A stretch of 62,871 bases of DNA, counting the filler. It is 6 parts of 6 records of this genome, joined end to end, with 100 filler letters (N's around TTAATTAATTAA, not from the genome) between each part and the next. Parts side by side here need not be neighbours in the genome. Positions count along the whole stretch, not along the records: positions 46,189 to 58,928 come from SRR20825010_4738; positions 59,029 to 62,871 come from SRR20825010_4746; 4 more parts are not named here. One strand, 5' to 3'. Shown piece after piece: positions 51,814 through 60,862 of the stretch. The number at the start of each line of letters is the position of its first letter. The first letter of the stretch is position 1. A program made the position numbers and the translations under genes. The notes beneath the pieces are model-generated. The model ran no database searches. It was not told the DNA's origin and saw nothing but the letters and a program-made list of their open reading frames with translations.

Positions 51814-52308
51814 TCAGGTTTTCAATAACTTTTTGACATCCGCAAGCAAATCGACCAGAAACTGCAAACCCAATGCGCCAAACCCTACGGGAAGAATTGC
51901 AAAGGGAATGACCATGGGCGTTCCAAAATCGCTGGACACGCGCTCGCCAAACTCCAAAGCCTGCGACGCCATGATGAAACCGCGCCACACCATGATGCTG
52001 CAAAATAACAAACCAAATGCACTGGTCAGAACGCCAACAACGGCTTTGCCCCTGTCGGAGCAACTTTCAGGAAACAAGTCGATTCGAATGTGGGCTTGGG
52101 CGCGTTGCGCTTCAGCCGCTCCCATCACAGCCATGTACACAATCAGGAATGAATTGATTTCCAGGCTCCAGCTTGTGGGGGCAGAAAACAAATATCGCAT
52201 TACGGTGTCGTAGAAAATGCTGAGCATCATGAACAACAACACCGCAATCGATGTGCCCCGAAGCAAGGCATGCATGCCCCGCCAGGCAGTAAGTGTGAGC
52301 GAGCTCAT
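51814..52308 (-). CDS. dctQ: TRAP transporter small permease
   Basis: VMRYLF..PTSWS.E...HIRID; four TM helices. Confidence 0.9.
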   Translation of the reverse strand: MSSLTLTAWRGMHALLRGTSIAVLLFMMLSIFYDTVMRYLFSAPTSWSLEINSFLIVYMAVMGAAEAQRAQAHIRIDLFPESCSDRGKAVVGVLTSAFGLLFCSIMVWRGFIMASQALEFGERVSSDFGTPMVIPFAILPVGFGALGLQFLVDLLADVKKLLKT

Positions 52309-52325
52309 TGAATCACCTGCTCCCT

Positions 52326-53369
52326 TTAAGCCTTGCCCAGGGCCAGGGCAATGGCGCGGCTACCCAGCTCTTCGCCCACTTGTTTTTTCCACTCGTCCCA
52401 AACAGCCACAGCCGCAGCGTCAAACTTTTTCATGTCATCCGCGCTGGGTTCAATCACTTGCACACCCGCCTGTTGCACCTTGGGCCAGTGCTGCTTGGGG
52501 TACACATTCTGGTTGGCGTTTTTGGCGAAGTTGGCCTCGTACCATGCGCTTGCACTTTCCAGCGCAGCCTTGGCATCGGGGTTTAGTTTGTCCCAACGGT
52601 CGCGCAACATGAACGGGCAAATTGCATAACCGGTGGTCGGAATTTTCAGACAGTAGGCCAGTTGTTCCTGCAGGCTTCGACCCACCACTGTGGAAATGTT
52701 GAATACACCGGCATCCACTGTGCCACGCTGCAAAGCGAGATAGGTTTCAGACGACGGCACACGCACAGCGGAAGACTTGAACGTGGCCAAAGCCTGCGTT
52801 GCTTCAAAGCCCACCACCCGCACTTTCTTGCCTTGCAGGTCTGCCAGCGAACGGATTGGATTGGCCTTGGTACTCCAGATGAATTCTGGTTCAAACAATC
52901 CACCACCCGCGCTTAGCATGTACAGGTTTTCTTTGGCCAACTGGGCATTAATCAATTCAAACAAGGGGCTGCCCTTGGCCAGCCGCTCGGGGTGTGCATA
53001 CAACTCGCCCACAATACCGGGCAAACCCGTGATGCCCAACACAGGCACCGACCGCGTAATGTACGACACAGTGTGAAACATCAAATCAACTGACCGCGAA
53101 CGCAGTGCCGGCAGTTGTTCATCGGCTTTCACCAACTGGCTGGCCGGGTAGTAATCGATCTCTACCTTGCCGCCACTGTTTTTCTTCACCAAGCTGACAA
53201 AACCGTCCGGGCCGTAACTAAGGTCGCCATAAGACGGCGGAATGTAATACACCCCTGTCAGCTTGGTGGCAGCCATTGCCTGCTGGGGCATAAAGCTGCC
53301 TGCACCGGTCACCGCGAGTGCGGCGGCGCCCACTCCAAATTTCAGCGTTTCTCTGCGCTTTGTATCCAT
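52326..53369 (-). CDS. dctP: TRAP transporter substrate-binding protein, Tat signal
   Basis: KRRETLK signal, SGGKV.IDYYPA.QL, DLQGKKVRV, ETYLALQRGTVD. Confidence 0.9.
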   Translation of the reverse strand: MDTKRRETLKFGVGAAALAVTGAGSFMPQQAMAATKLTGVYYIPPSYGDLSYGPDGFVSLVKKNSGGKVEIDYYPASQLVKADEQLPALRSRSVDLMFHTVSYITRSVPVLGITGLPGIVGELYAHPERLAKGSPLFELINAQLAKENLYMLSAGGGLFEPEFIWSTKANPIRSLADLQGKKVRVVGFEATQALATFKSSAVRVPSSETYLALQRGTVDAGVFNISTVVGRSLQEQLAYCLKIPTTGYAICPFMLRDRWDKLNPDAKAALESASAWYEANFAKNANQNVYPKQHWPKVQQAGVQVIEPSADDMKKFDAAAVAVWDEWKKQVGEELGSRAIALALGKA

Positions 53370-53412
53370 GATGTCTCTCTCCTTCCTTGTGGTTATTGTC
53401 AGGTGCCGGGTG

Positions 53413-54705
53413 TCATATCAAACCGGGCAGCCACAAACTAAGCTGCGGGAACAATACAAACACCATCAACACCAAAAATTGCACCATCACGAACGGGATG
53501 GCACTGCGGATGATTTCCTCGATCCGCAAATCCGGGCATACCCCGCGAAGGGCATACAAGTTCAGCCCCACCGGCGGGGTAACTACAGCAATCTCCAAAT
53601 TCAAAACCATAACAATGCCGAACCACAACGGGTCGTAGCCCAGCGCAACAATGACAGGCAACAAAATAGGCGTGGTCACCACGATCAGCGACACCGCATC
53701 CACCAACATACCCAACAAAACCAGCAACAACATGATGCCCAGCAAGATGGCCCAACCAGGCATTTGCGAACCCACCAGCAAATCGGTAAGGGCTTGCGGC
53801 ACACGCACCATATTCAGGTAATCACCGAAAATTTTTGCAGCGCCCATGATGAGAAGAATGGCACCGCTGACACGCGCTGACGAAGCAAGTATGTCAATGA
53901 ATTTTCGCCAGGTCAGCATGCGGAAAATTGCCCCTGCGATGAACAAAGCACCCATTGCACCAATGCCGGCGGCTTCACTGGGGGTGGCCATGCCTGAATA
54001 GATGGAACCCAGCACAATCAACACAAGAAGCGCGGAATGCCAAATGTTGCCAAGGCTTTCAAAGCGTTCGGCCCAAGTGTATTTGGTGTGATCCGGTGGA
54101 GCTTCGTGTGGGTTGGCCAACACGCGCAGGTAAATGTAAAGCGACAGTGCCAGGGCAAGCACAATGCCGGGAATAATGCCGCCGATAAAAAGATCGCCCA
54201 CCGACACACCGGAAACCGCGCCATAAATGATGAAGGGCACACTGGGCGGAATCAACATGGCCAACGCGCCTGCAGTAACCACCGAACCAGCGGCCAGGCG
54301 GCGGCTGTAACCGCGTTCCAGCATTTGCGGCACGGCAATTGAACCAATCGCTGCAACACCGGCAATGCTTACGCCTGACACCGCACCAAACATGGCCGAT
54401 GCACCCACAGAGGAAATGGCAAGGCTTCCGCGCAACCAGTTCAACCACCGCGTGGCGGCAATAAACAGGCTACTGCCCACCGGTGTGGCCGACAGCAAAT
54501 TACCCATCAACACAAACAGTGGCAGCGCAATCAATTCAAAGCTGTTGAGCTGCCCGAACAGGGAAGACGGCGCAAAGAAAAACGCCAGTGAACCTTTGGC
54601 CATGTAAAAGCCAAGCAAGCCAGATAAACCCAAGGATAGAAAAATCGGAAAGCCGATTCCGATCATTACCAGCAACACAACCAACACGACAATGGGTTCA
54701 AACAT
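53413..54705 (-). CDS. dctM: TRAP transporter large permease
   Basis: ALPLFVLMG, LIPPS..FIIYG, ATPSEAA, TPPVGLNLY. Confidence 0.93.
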   Translation of the reverse strand: MFEPIVVLVVLLVMIGIGFPIFLSLGLSGLLGFYMAKGSLAFFFAPSSLFGQLNSFELIALPLFVLMGNLLSATPVGSSLFIAATRWLNWLRGSLAISSVGASAMFGAVSGVSIAGVAAIGSIAVPQMLERGYSRRLAAGSVVTAGALAMLIPPSVPFIIYGAVSGVSVGDLFIGGIIPGIVLALALSLYIYLRVLANPHEAPPDHTKYTWAERFESLGNIWHSALLVLIVLGSIYSGMATPSEAAGIGAMGALFIAGAIFRMLTWRKFIDILASSARVSGAILLIMGAAKIFGDYLNMVRVPQALTDLLVGSQMPGWAILLGIMLLLVLLGMLVDAVSLIVVTTPILLPVIVALGYDPLWFGIVMVLNLEIAVVTPPVGLNLYALRGVCPDLRIEEIIRSAIPFVMVQFLVLMVFVLFPQLSLWLPGLI

Positions 54706-54718
54706 CTCGATGCGCCGT

Positions 54719-55942
54719 TTAAATAACGCCTGCTATGCGCAGGGTTTCAATTTCAGAGGAACTCATGCCGAGCCATTGCTGTAACGCATGATCAGTATTT
54801 GCTCCCAGTGCAGGCCCCGCACTGCGAACCTTGCCTGGCGACCTGGACAAACGCGGAAACACGTTTTGCATGGGAATGATTTGCCCCTGTTCATCTTCAA
54901 CATTCACGATAGACTGGCGGGCGCGGAAGTGTTCGTCGTCCAGCATTTCTGGGGCGCTGTAGATCAAACCGCATGGAACACCCGCAGCCGCGAGCAAATC
55001 CACAATTTGTTTGGCCGGCAGGGTGCGGGTCCAAGTGGCCACAATTGCATCCAGTTCGGCTTGATTGTCGCCACGTGTGCGGTGCGAAAAAAAACGGGGA
55101 TCGTGCGCCAAACCAGCCTGCCCCATGACTTCGCATAAGCGGGAAAACACAGTGTCCTGATTTGCACCAATCACCACATCGCGACCATCGCTTGCAGGGT
55201 ATGCATTCGAAGGGGCAATACCGGGCAGGAAGCTTCCGCTGCGTTCGCGGACTTTGCCAGCCAGCACGTAATCGGGAATGATGCTTTCCATCATGCCAAA
55301 CACCGATTCAAAAATACTGCTGTCCACCACCTGGCCACGGTCAGTTCGTGAACGGTCATGCAACGCCATCATGGTGCCCAAGGCCGCATGCAAACCAGCC
55401 AAGGTATCGCCCAGCGAAATACCCACACGCACCGGCGGCCGGTCAGGGTAGCCCGACACGTAACGCAAACCGCCCATGGCTTCACACACCGAGGCGTACC
55501 CGGCGCGTTGGGAATAAGGGCCGTCTTGCCCGAACCCGGTGACGCGCACCATGACCAGTTTTGGATTGATTTCAGAAAGGGCCTGGTAACCAAGGCCCCA
55601 TTTTTCGAGTGTGCCAGGACGGAAGTTTTCGATCAACACATCGACATGCCTGATCAACTTGCGCAGCACATTCTGGCCCGCTTCCTTGCGAAGATCGAGC
55701 GTCATTGACCGCTTGTTGCGGGCAATCACATTCCACCAGATGGGTTTGCCGCTGGGGTCGCTTTGTCCCCATTGGCGCATGGCATCGCCCTTGCCAGGGG
55801 GTTCAATTTTCAGAACGTCGGCGCCGAAATCTGCCAGCACCTGCCCACAATAGGGGCCTGCAATCAGCTGACCCAGTTCAATGACTTTGATGTCCGAAAG
55901 CGGCAATCCGGACGCTGTGTTGGTGGTTTCCAAGGGCAGCAA
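54719..55942 (-). CDS. class III CoA-transferase (CaiB/BaiF family)
   Basis: ELGQLIAGP..LADFGADV.KIEPP..GD.MR, RNKRS..LDLR, ENFRPGTLEKWGL, GFGQDGPY, catalytic Asp in LGDTLAG. TTG start at 55942 or 55933. Confidence 0.93.
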   Translation of the reverse strand: MLPLETTNTASGLPLSDIKVIELGQLIAGPYCGQVLADFGADVLKIEPPGKGDAMRQWGQSDPSGKPIWWNVIARNKRSMTLDLRKEAGQNVLRKLIRHVDVLIENFRPGTLEKWGLGYQALSEINPKLVMVRVTGFGQDGPYSQRAGYASVCEAMGGLRYVSGYPDRPPVRVGISLGDTLAGLHAALGTMMALHDRSRTDRGQVVDSSIFESVFGMMESIIPDYVLAGKVRERSGSFLPGIAPSNAYPASDGRDVVIGANQDTVFSRLCEVMGQAGLAHDPRFFSHRTRGDNQAELDAIVATWTRTLPAKQIVDLLAAAGVPCGLIYSAPEMLDDEHFRARQSIVNVEDEQGQIIPMQNVFPRLSRSPGKVRSAGPALGANTDHALQQWLGMSSSEIETLRIAGVI

Positions 55943-55973
55943 CCTTTTTATTTATTGAACGATTTTTTGCAAT

Positions 55974-56047
55974 ATCGCATACAATTTTTAAAAAGAAAAC
56001 CCTTAATGCTCATTTTTTAAGCATTTTTTAGGAAAGTTGCATACAAT
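55974..56047. promoter_or_regulatory. two candidate GntR/FadR-type operator sites
   Basis: ATCGCATACAAT (55974-55985) and GTTGCATACAAT (56036-56047), near-palindromes of TTGTATACAA, in the AT-rich gap upstream of the CoA-transferase. Confidence 0.55.
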
Positions 56048-56056
56048 CGTGCCGAT

Positions 56057-56743
56057 TTACCCTTCGTCAGAAAACTGTGTGTGCAGTTCACGCGCGGCCA
56101 GCAAATGGGTACGCATCATGCATTCGGCCCAGGCCGAATTTCGGGCCTCCAGTGCTTGCAGAATCTCTGCATGGTGTTGCATGCTGCGCTGCAAATGTTC
56201 GCGCTTGTACTGCCCCATGTTCCGCCGAATCACTGAATTCGGAACGATGTTGGACAACAGTTGGCTTAACCGCTGATTGCCGCTGGATTCAATCAACATG
56301 CGGTGAAATTCGTGGTTGAGCTTGGACACCTCGTTGCGAACATCCACATCTTGCGGCATATCACGCACCAATGTTTCCATCTGCGTTGCAAGCTGCTTAA
56401 GGTGCTGCAGTTGCACCGCATCAATGTGCTGACAGGCTGCTGCAACGGCAAGGGGTTCCAGCACAAGTCGAATTTCAAATACCTCGCATGCGTCGCGGTG
56501 TGTCCATTCAACCACCCGGGCACCCGCGTGTGGAATTGCCTCTAGCCACCCCTCCGAAATTAATTCTCGCAACGCCTCTCGAACCGGGGTACGGCTTATC
56601 TTCAGTTCCGCAGCCACTGCCGACTCGCGAATGTATTCATGCGGCTGGTACGCACCCTCAAGAATCCGCTCGCGGATCAGCTCGTAAGCATCGGCCGCCG
56701 CTGTTTTACGTTCGCTGGGTGTGGTGTCGTGGATAACCTTCAT
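56057..56743 (-). CDS. GntR family regulator with FCD domain
   Basis: AYELIRERIL.G...E..VA.EL.ISRTPVREAL..L..EG, IRLVLE, NHEFH, HH..I..A. ATG at 56743. Confidence 0.93.
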   Translation of the reverse strand: MKVIHDTTPSERKTAAADAYELIRERILEGAYQPHEYIRESAVAAELKISRTPVREALRELISEGWLEAIPHAGARVVEWTHRDACEVFEIRLVLEPLAVAAACQHIDAVQLQHLKQLATQMETLVRDMPQDVDVRNEVSKLNHEFHRMLIESSGNQRLSQLLSNIVPNSVIRRNMGQYKREHLQRSMQHHAEILQALEARNSAWAECMMRTHLLAARELHTQFSDEG

Positions 56744-56836
56744 TGGCCTGTTGTTCGGAATGGGTGATAAACAGTGCAATCGTGTACCACTGCACTTTCT
56801 TTGGCAAGAACTGCGTACTCCGCAGATTCGGGATTT

Positions 56837-58177
56837 TCACAGCTTCTCTCTGGAACCTGATAAACGCCGGGCTTGAACACGCAAACCTTCAAAAATTGGC
56901 GCAGCAACACTTTGAGGGAAACCTGTGGGCAGGTTTGTGTTGACTGAATTGATCACATCGGGTGTTTTCTTCAAAATGTCCTGTATTGCATCTTCGAAAT
57001 CGAGCCCCATTGCATTGCGCTTGGCCACTACATTCCAATGGCGGCGCTGAATGCTCTGCATGCGGTAATGAGCATTCTTGGATCGCAACGCCATGGCCAT
57101 TTTCACCTTCTGCCATTGAAACTGATTTGCGCCTTTTCCAATGACAGGCCAAGCCGACAATACATCGTACAACGGGGTCAGTGAAAACTGCCCACCCGGC
57201 AACAGGTGGATGCTGAAGTTCTTGGCATGACCATCGGGCGCAGCCAACATCCAGAACAAAAGCTGTGCGCTTAAAAAAGTATGTCGATCTTGTTCTGCAT
57301 TCTCGCTGCCACGCAGTTTACCAAGAATTTGATCAATACCTGGGCCACCTTTCTCCTCGTATTTCCGGGCCGATGGGACACCGAAAACCTGGCAAAAGTC
57401 TTCTTGCGGCAAACGCGCAATCCAGTTGCCCGTGGTCCATTTGCGATCGAAACGTTCAACGACCAGAACCTTGTGACGACCAAACCAGGCAATCTCGCAA
57501 TTCGCAACCGGCAAGCCATACGCGCGAAGAATATGCGCACACAACCACTCGTTCTCGACCGATGTTGAAAAGTCTGCGCGCGATGCACCCACCTCCCCCA
57601 TGGGCAGCTTCAGTATGTGGGTTGTCGGTGTGGCCCCCAAGGGCATGTGCCAACGCCCATCAAGGCGCAGCAACGCTGTTTTTTCCTGCGCACCGGCAAG
57701 CGATATTCTTAGCTCGTCTTCTTGTGGTGCACCAAAGCTGCCTTGCGCAACAGTTGTATCCAGAAGCGCCTCAATTTCAACTTCAGTAAGGGGCCGGCTT
57801 CGAACTTTCCTCACGTTTGGCTGCGGGCTACCTGCAGGCAGCAATTGCACTGCACCCACACAATCACGCCCTACTTTCTCCAGCAGATCAAACGCGTCTG
57901 TTGACGCTGCGCCATAGCGACTTGCCACCCGGCTACGAATGTCCAGGCTATCGGGCAGCAAGTTCTCAAAATAGGCGCTTACATTGGGGCCAGATTCGCC
58001 ACGTATACCGACAGTAAAAGGCAAAGACAATGAAATGGGACGACCCGCACGGTTGCCGAGCCAGGCTGCGTCGTAGATAAACTGTTGCACGCCTGCAGCC
58101 GTGATGCGCCATTGCCCCACAGGCTCAGCATTCATCCACACATCCAGGGCACGGGTTTTTGATGGACGGCCTGCCAT
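56837..58177 (-). CDS. hipA: HipA family toxin kinase
   Basis: YFENLLPD..IR..VGRDCVGA, P-loop ISLAGAQEK, PTTHILK, VERFDR, QEDFCQ, DGHAKNFS, PLYDV. Its ATG overlaps the hipB stop (TAATG). Confidence 0.96.
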   Translation of the reverse strand: MAGRPSKTRALDVWMNAEPVGQWRITAAGVQQFIYDAAWLGNRAGRPISLSLPFTVGIRGESGPNVSAYFENLLPDSLDIRSRVASRYGAASTDAFDLLEKVGRDCVGAVQLLPAGSPQPNVRKVRSRPLTEVEIEALLDTTVAQGSFGAPQEDELRISLAGAQEKTALLRLDGRWHMPLGATPTTHILKLPMGEVGASRADFSTSVENEWLCAHILRAYGLPVANCEIAWFGRHKVLVVERFDRKWTTGNWIARLPQEDFCQVFGVPSARKYEEKGGPGIDQILGKLRGSENAEQDRHTFLSAQLLFWMLAAPDGHAKNFSIHLLPGGQFSLTPLYDVLSAWPVIGKGANQFQWQKVKMAMALRSKNAHYRMQSIQRRHWNVVAKRNAMGLDFEDAIQDILKKTPDVINSVNTNLPTGFPQSVAAPIFEGLRVQARRLSGSREKL

Positions 58178-58437
58178 TACCACTCGCTCGCGGAGTTGGG
58201 GAATTTTTTGCTGCCTGCCGTGGGCTTTGCTTCTACAGTGAGCGTGGCATTCAACGCCATCAATACAGTGAGTATTTGATCGAGCGTGACGGTTTCCGGA
58301 TGATTTTCAATGCGGGAAATGCGTTCTTGCGACAAACCAATTTTCATGCCCAGTGCGGCTTGCGACAACCCTTGCTGTGCCCGCATGTGCTTTAGGAAAG
58401 GGCTAAGTTGCCCTGAAGTGGTGATACTGGTTTTCAT
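58177..58437 (-). CDS. hipB: HipB-like XRE HTH antitoxin
   Basis: LK..R...GLSQAALG..IGLSQERISRIE..P..VTLDQI; coupled to hipA. Confidence 0.92.
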   Translation of the reverse strand: MKTSITTSGQLSPFLKHMRAQQGLSQAALGMKIGLSQERISRIENHPETVTLDQILTVLMALNATLTVEAKPTAGSKKFPNSASEW

Positions 58438-58458
58438 GATTGCACCTAGCCAATAGTT

Positions 58459-58530
58459 TATGCTGCTTAGAGAATAAATTAATTATATGCCTTTAAACAA
58501 ATAAATAACATATATTCTTTATTGAGCATA
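58459..58530. promoter_or_regulatory. three HipB-type operators at 27-bp period
   Basis: TATGC-N8-GAATA (58459), TATGC-N8-AAATA (58486), TATTC-N8-GCATA (58513); compare E. coli TATCC-N8-GGATA. Confidence 0.75.
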
Positions 58531-58630
58531 ATTAGGCCACCCAGGGTGATGGGCTGAACATCCCTCGATTTGTTGAATTGCAAGGCCTGCGAAATACTTG
58601 CAGCTTCAGATGCAAACGACGGGAAATACA

Positions 58631-58928
58631 ATGGCAGCAAGAATGCTGGTTGATGGCCGGGCGCAGGTTGTGGTGGGCGACACCACCAGCCACGGCGGCA
58701 AAGTGATTTCAGGCAGCCCCACCACGTTTTTTGGTCCAGGCAACATTCCAATTGCGCGGGTAGGCGACATGACCACCTGCCCCATTTGCAAGCCCCACGT
58801 ATTCCCGATCGTCGAAGGCCATGCCCTCATGACCGACAACCACATGCAAGTGGCCTTGCATGGCCACAAAACAGCCTGTGGTGCCACCTTGATTGCATCG
58901 GCAACCCCAGCGCCGCCTGCCCCACCCA
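58631..58928 (+). CDS. PAAR domain protein with Pro-rich C-terminal extension, truncated
   Basis: GDTTSHGGKVISGS, PIARVGD...CP.C, IVEG, VALHGHKTACGATLIAS, then PAPPAPP. Confidence 0.9.
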
Positions 58929-59028
58929 NNNNNNNNNNNNNNNNNNNNNNNNNNNNNNNNNNNNNNNNNNNNTTAATTAATTAANNNNNNNNNNNNNNNN
59001 NNNNNNNNNNNNNNNNNNNNNNNNNNNN
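58929..59028. other. artificial contig linker
   Basis: N44-TTAATTAATTAA-N44. Confidence 0.98.
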
Positions 59029-60144
59029 CTGGCTGCCGTCCATGGCGATCTGCCAGGTGCGGTGGCGGATCGCGGGATTGGAGTAACGCCTGAACAGCGC
59101 GTCAGCATAGGCCTCCAGATCGACCCCTTCCGGCGGCGCGAAGGAGGGCATGATCTCCTGCCGCCACAGCCGCTTGACGAAGCCGGCGAAAACCGGGTCC
59201 GCCACGGTCTCGGCAATGGTTTCGTGGCCGGCCAGGTAACCGAGATAGGCGAGCGAGGAGTGCGTGCCGTTGAGCATCCTGAGCTTCATGTTTTCGTAGG
59301 GCGTGACATCCTGAACCATCTCGGCGCCGGCGGCGGCGAGATCCGGGCGGGCGTCAGTGCCATAGGCCTCGACGAAATCATCCTCGACGACCCATTGTCG
59401 GAACGGCTCGCACATCACCGGCGCTTCATCGCGGTAGCCGGTCTTCTGCGCCAGCCGCTCGATATCCTCGGGCTTCGTCGCCGGCGTGATCCGGTCGACC
59501 ATCGTCGCCGGAAACCGGCCCTCGACCGCGATCCAGTCGGCAAGCGAGGGATCGATCCTGCCGGCGAATTCCAGCACGGCGCGGCGGACCAGCCTGCCGT
59601 TCTCCGGAAGATTGTCGCAGGTCAGCACGGTGAAAGGCGGTAGCCCCGCATCGCGCCGCCGTTGCAGCGCACGAACCAGGAAGCCGGGAGCCGATCGGGG
59701 CAGCGGATTGTCCAGATCGTGCACGATGTCGGGATGCTCGAGGTTCAGCCTTCCGGTGGCCGGATCATGGCAGTAGCCCTTTTCCGTCACCGTCAGCGTC
59801 ACGATACGGATCGCCGGATCGGACATCCAGGCCAGCACCGCTTCCGGGTTTTCAGGCGCCACGAGAACGTCCTGGACGATCTCGACCTTGCGGAAGGTTT
59901 CACCCCCGTCGGCATTCTGCGTCACGGCTGTGTAGACGAAGTCCTGCGGCGCAAGCCTGTCCCGTGTCGACGGGCTTTGCAGGCTGACGCCGAGGATGCC
60001 CCAGTCGCCGCCGGACAACCTGACCGCGTCCTCGACATAGATCGCCCCGAAGGCCCGGAAAAAGGCGCCCAGCCCGAGATGCACGATCCCCGGCCCCGGT
60101 CTTACGGCATCCGAGCGGCGCAGTCTTTGCTCGTCAGCGCGCAA
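59029..60144 (-). CDS. uxuB: mannitol dehydrogenase family protein (D-mannonate oxidoreductase-like), 3' truncated
   Basis: GIVHLGLGAF.RA, TVTEKGY, CDNLPENG, MVDRITP, KLRMLNGTHS, QIAMDGSQ. Probable TTG start at 60144 after GGAGG. Confidence 0.88.
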
Positions 60145-60862
60145 GCCAGCCTCCGTCCACATTGAGGATGGCGCCATGAATGTATTTCGCCGCCGGCGAG
60201 GCCAGGAACACCGCCGTCTCGCCGATATCGTCGGGCTCGCCCCAGCGCCCGGCCGGAATCCGCTCGATGATCGCCCTGTTGCGCGCCTCGTCCCTGATCA
60301 GCGCTTCGGTGTTGTTGGTGGCAATATAGCCTGGCGCAATCGCATTCACATTGATGCCCTTGGCCGCCCATTCATTGGCGAGCAGTTTCGTGATCCCCGC
60401 AACGCCGTGCTTGGAAGCCGTGTAGGAGGCAACCCGGATGCCGCCCTGCAGCGACAGAAGCGAGGCAATGTTGACGATCGCGCCAGTCCCCTGGCGGTCG
60501 AACACCGCGCGCCCGAACGCCTGGCAGGTGAAGAACACCGCCTTCAGGTTCACGTCCAGCACATCGTCCCAGTCACTTTCGCTGAAATCGACGGCCGCAT
60601 TGCGGCGGATGGTCCCTGCGTTGTTGACCAGGATATCGATTTGATCATTCGCGAACACGTCACGCGCGGCCATCGGATCGGACAAGTCGAGAATGATCTC
60701 GCGGGCTTCTGCAATCTGGCTCACGGTCTCGGCGCAGGATTGGCGTCCCGCACAGATGACGCTCGCCCCCGCCCGGCCCATCGCCAGCGCGATGGCCTGG
60801 CCGATGCCGGTGTTGGCGCCGGTCACCAGCGCCGTCTTGCCAGCCAGTGAAAATGGGTTCAC
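60134..60862 (-). CDS. kduD: 2-dehydro-3-deoxy-D-gluconate 5-dehydrogenase (SDR)
   Basis: TGANTGIG, NNAGTIRR, ASLLS.QGGIRV.SYTASK, VDGGWLAR. GTG start overlaps the kduI stop. Confidence 0.95.
   Translation of the reverse strand: MNPFSLAGKTALVTGANTGIGQAIALAMGRAGASVICAGRQSCAETVSQIAEAREIILDLSDPMAARDVFANDQIDILVNNAGTIRRNAAVDFSESDWDDVLDVNLKAVFFTCQAFGRAVFDRQGTGAIVNIASLLSLQGGIRVASYTASKHGVAGITKLLANEWAAKGINVNAIAPGYIATNNTEALIRDEARNRAIIERIPAGRWGEPDDIGETAVFLASPAAKYIHGAILNVDGGWLAR

Noticed and set aside
51767-52063. N-terminal extension of the HMG-CoA lyase ORF in the track
   Set aside because: Overlaps dctQ in another frame; family similarity and the RBS start at ATG 51766.
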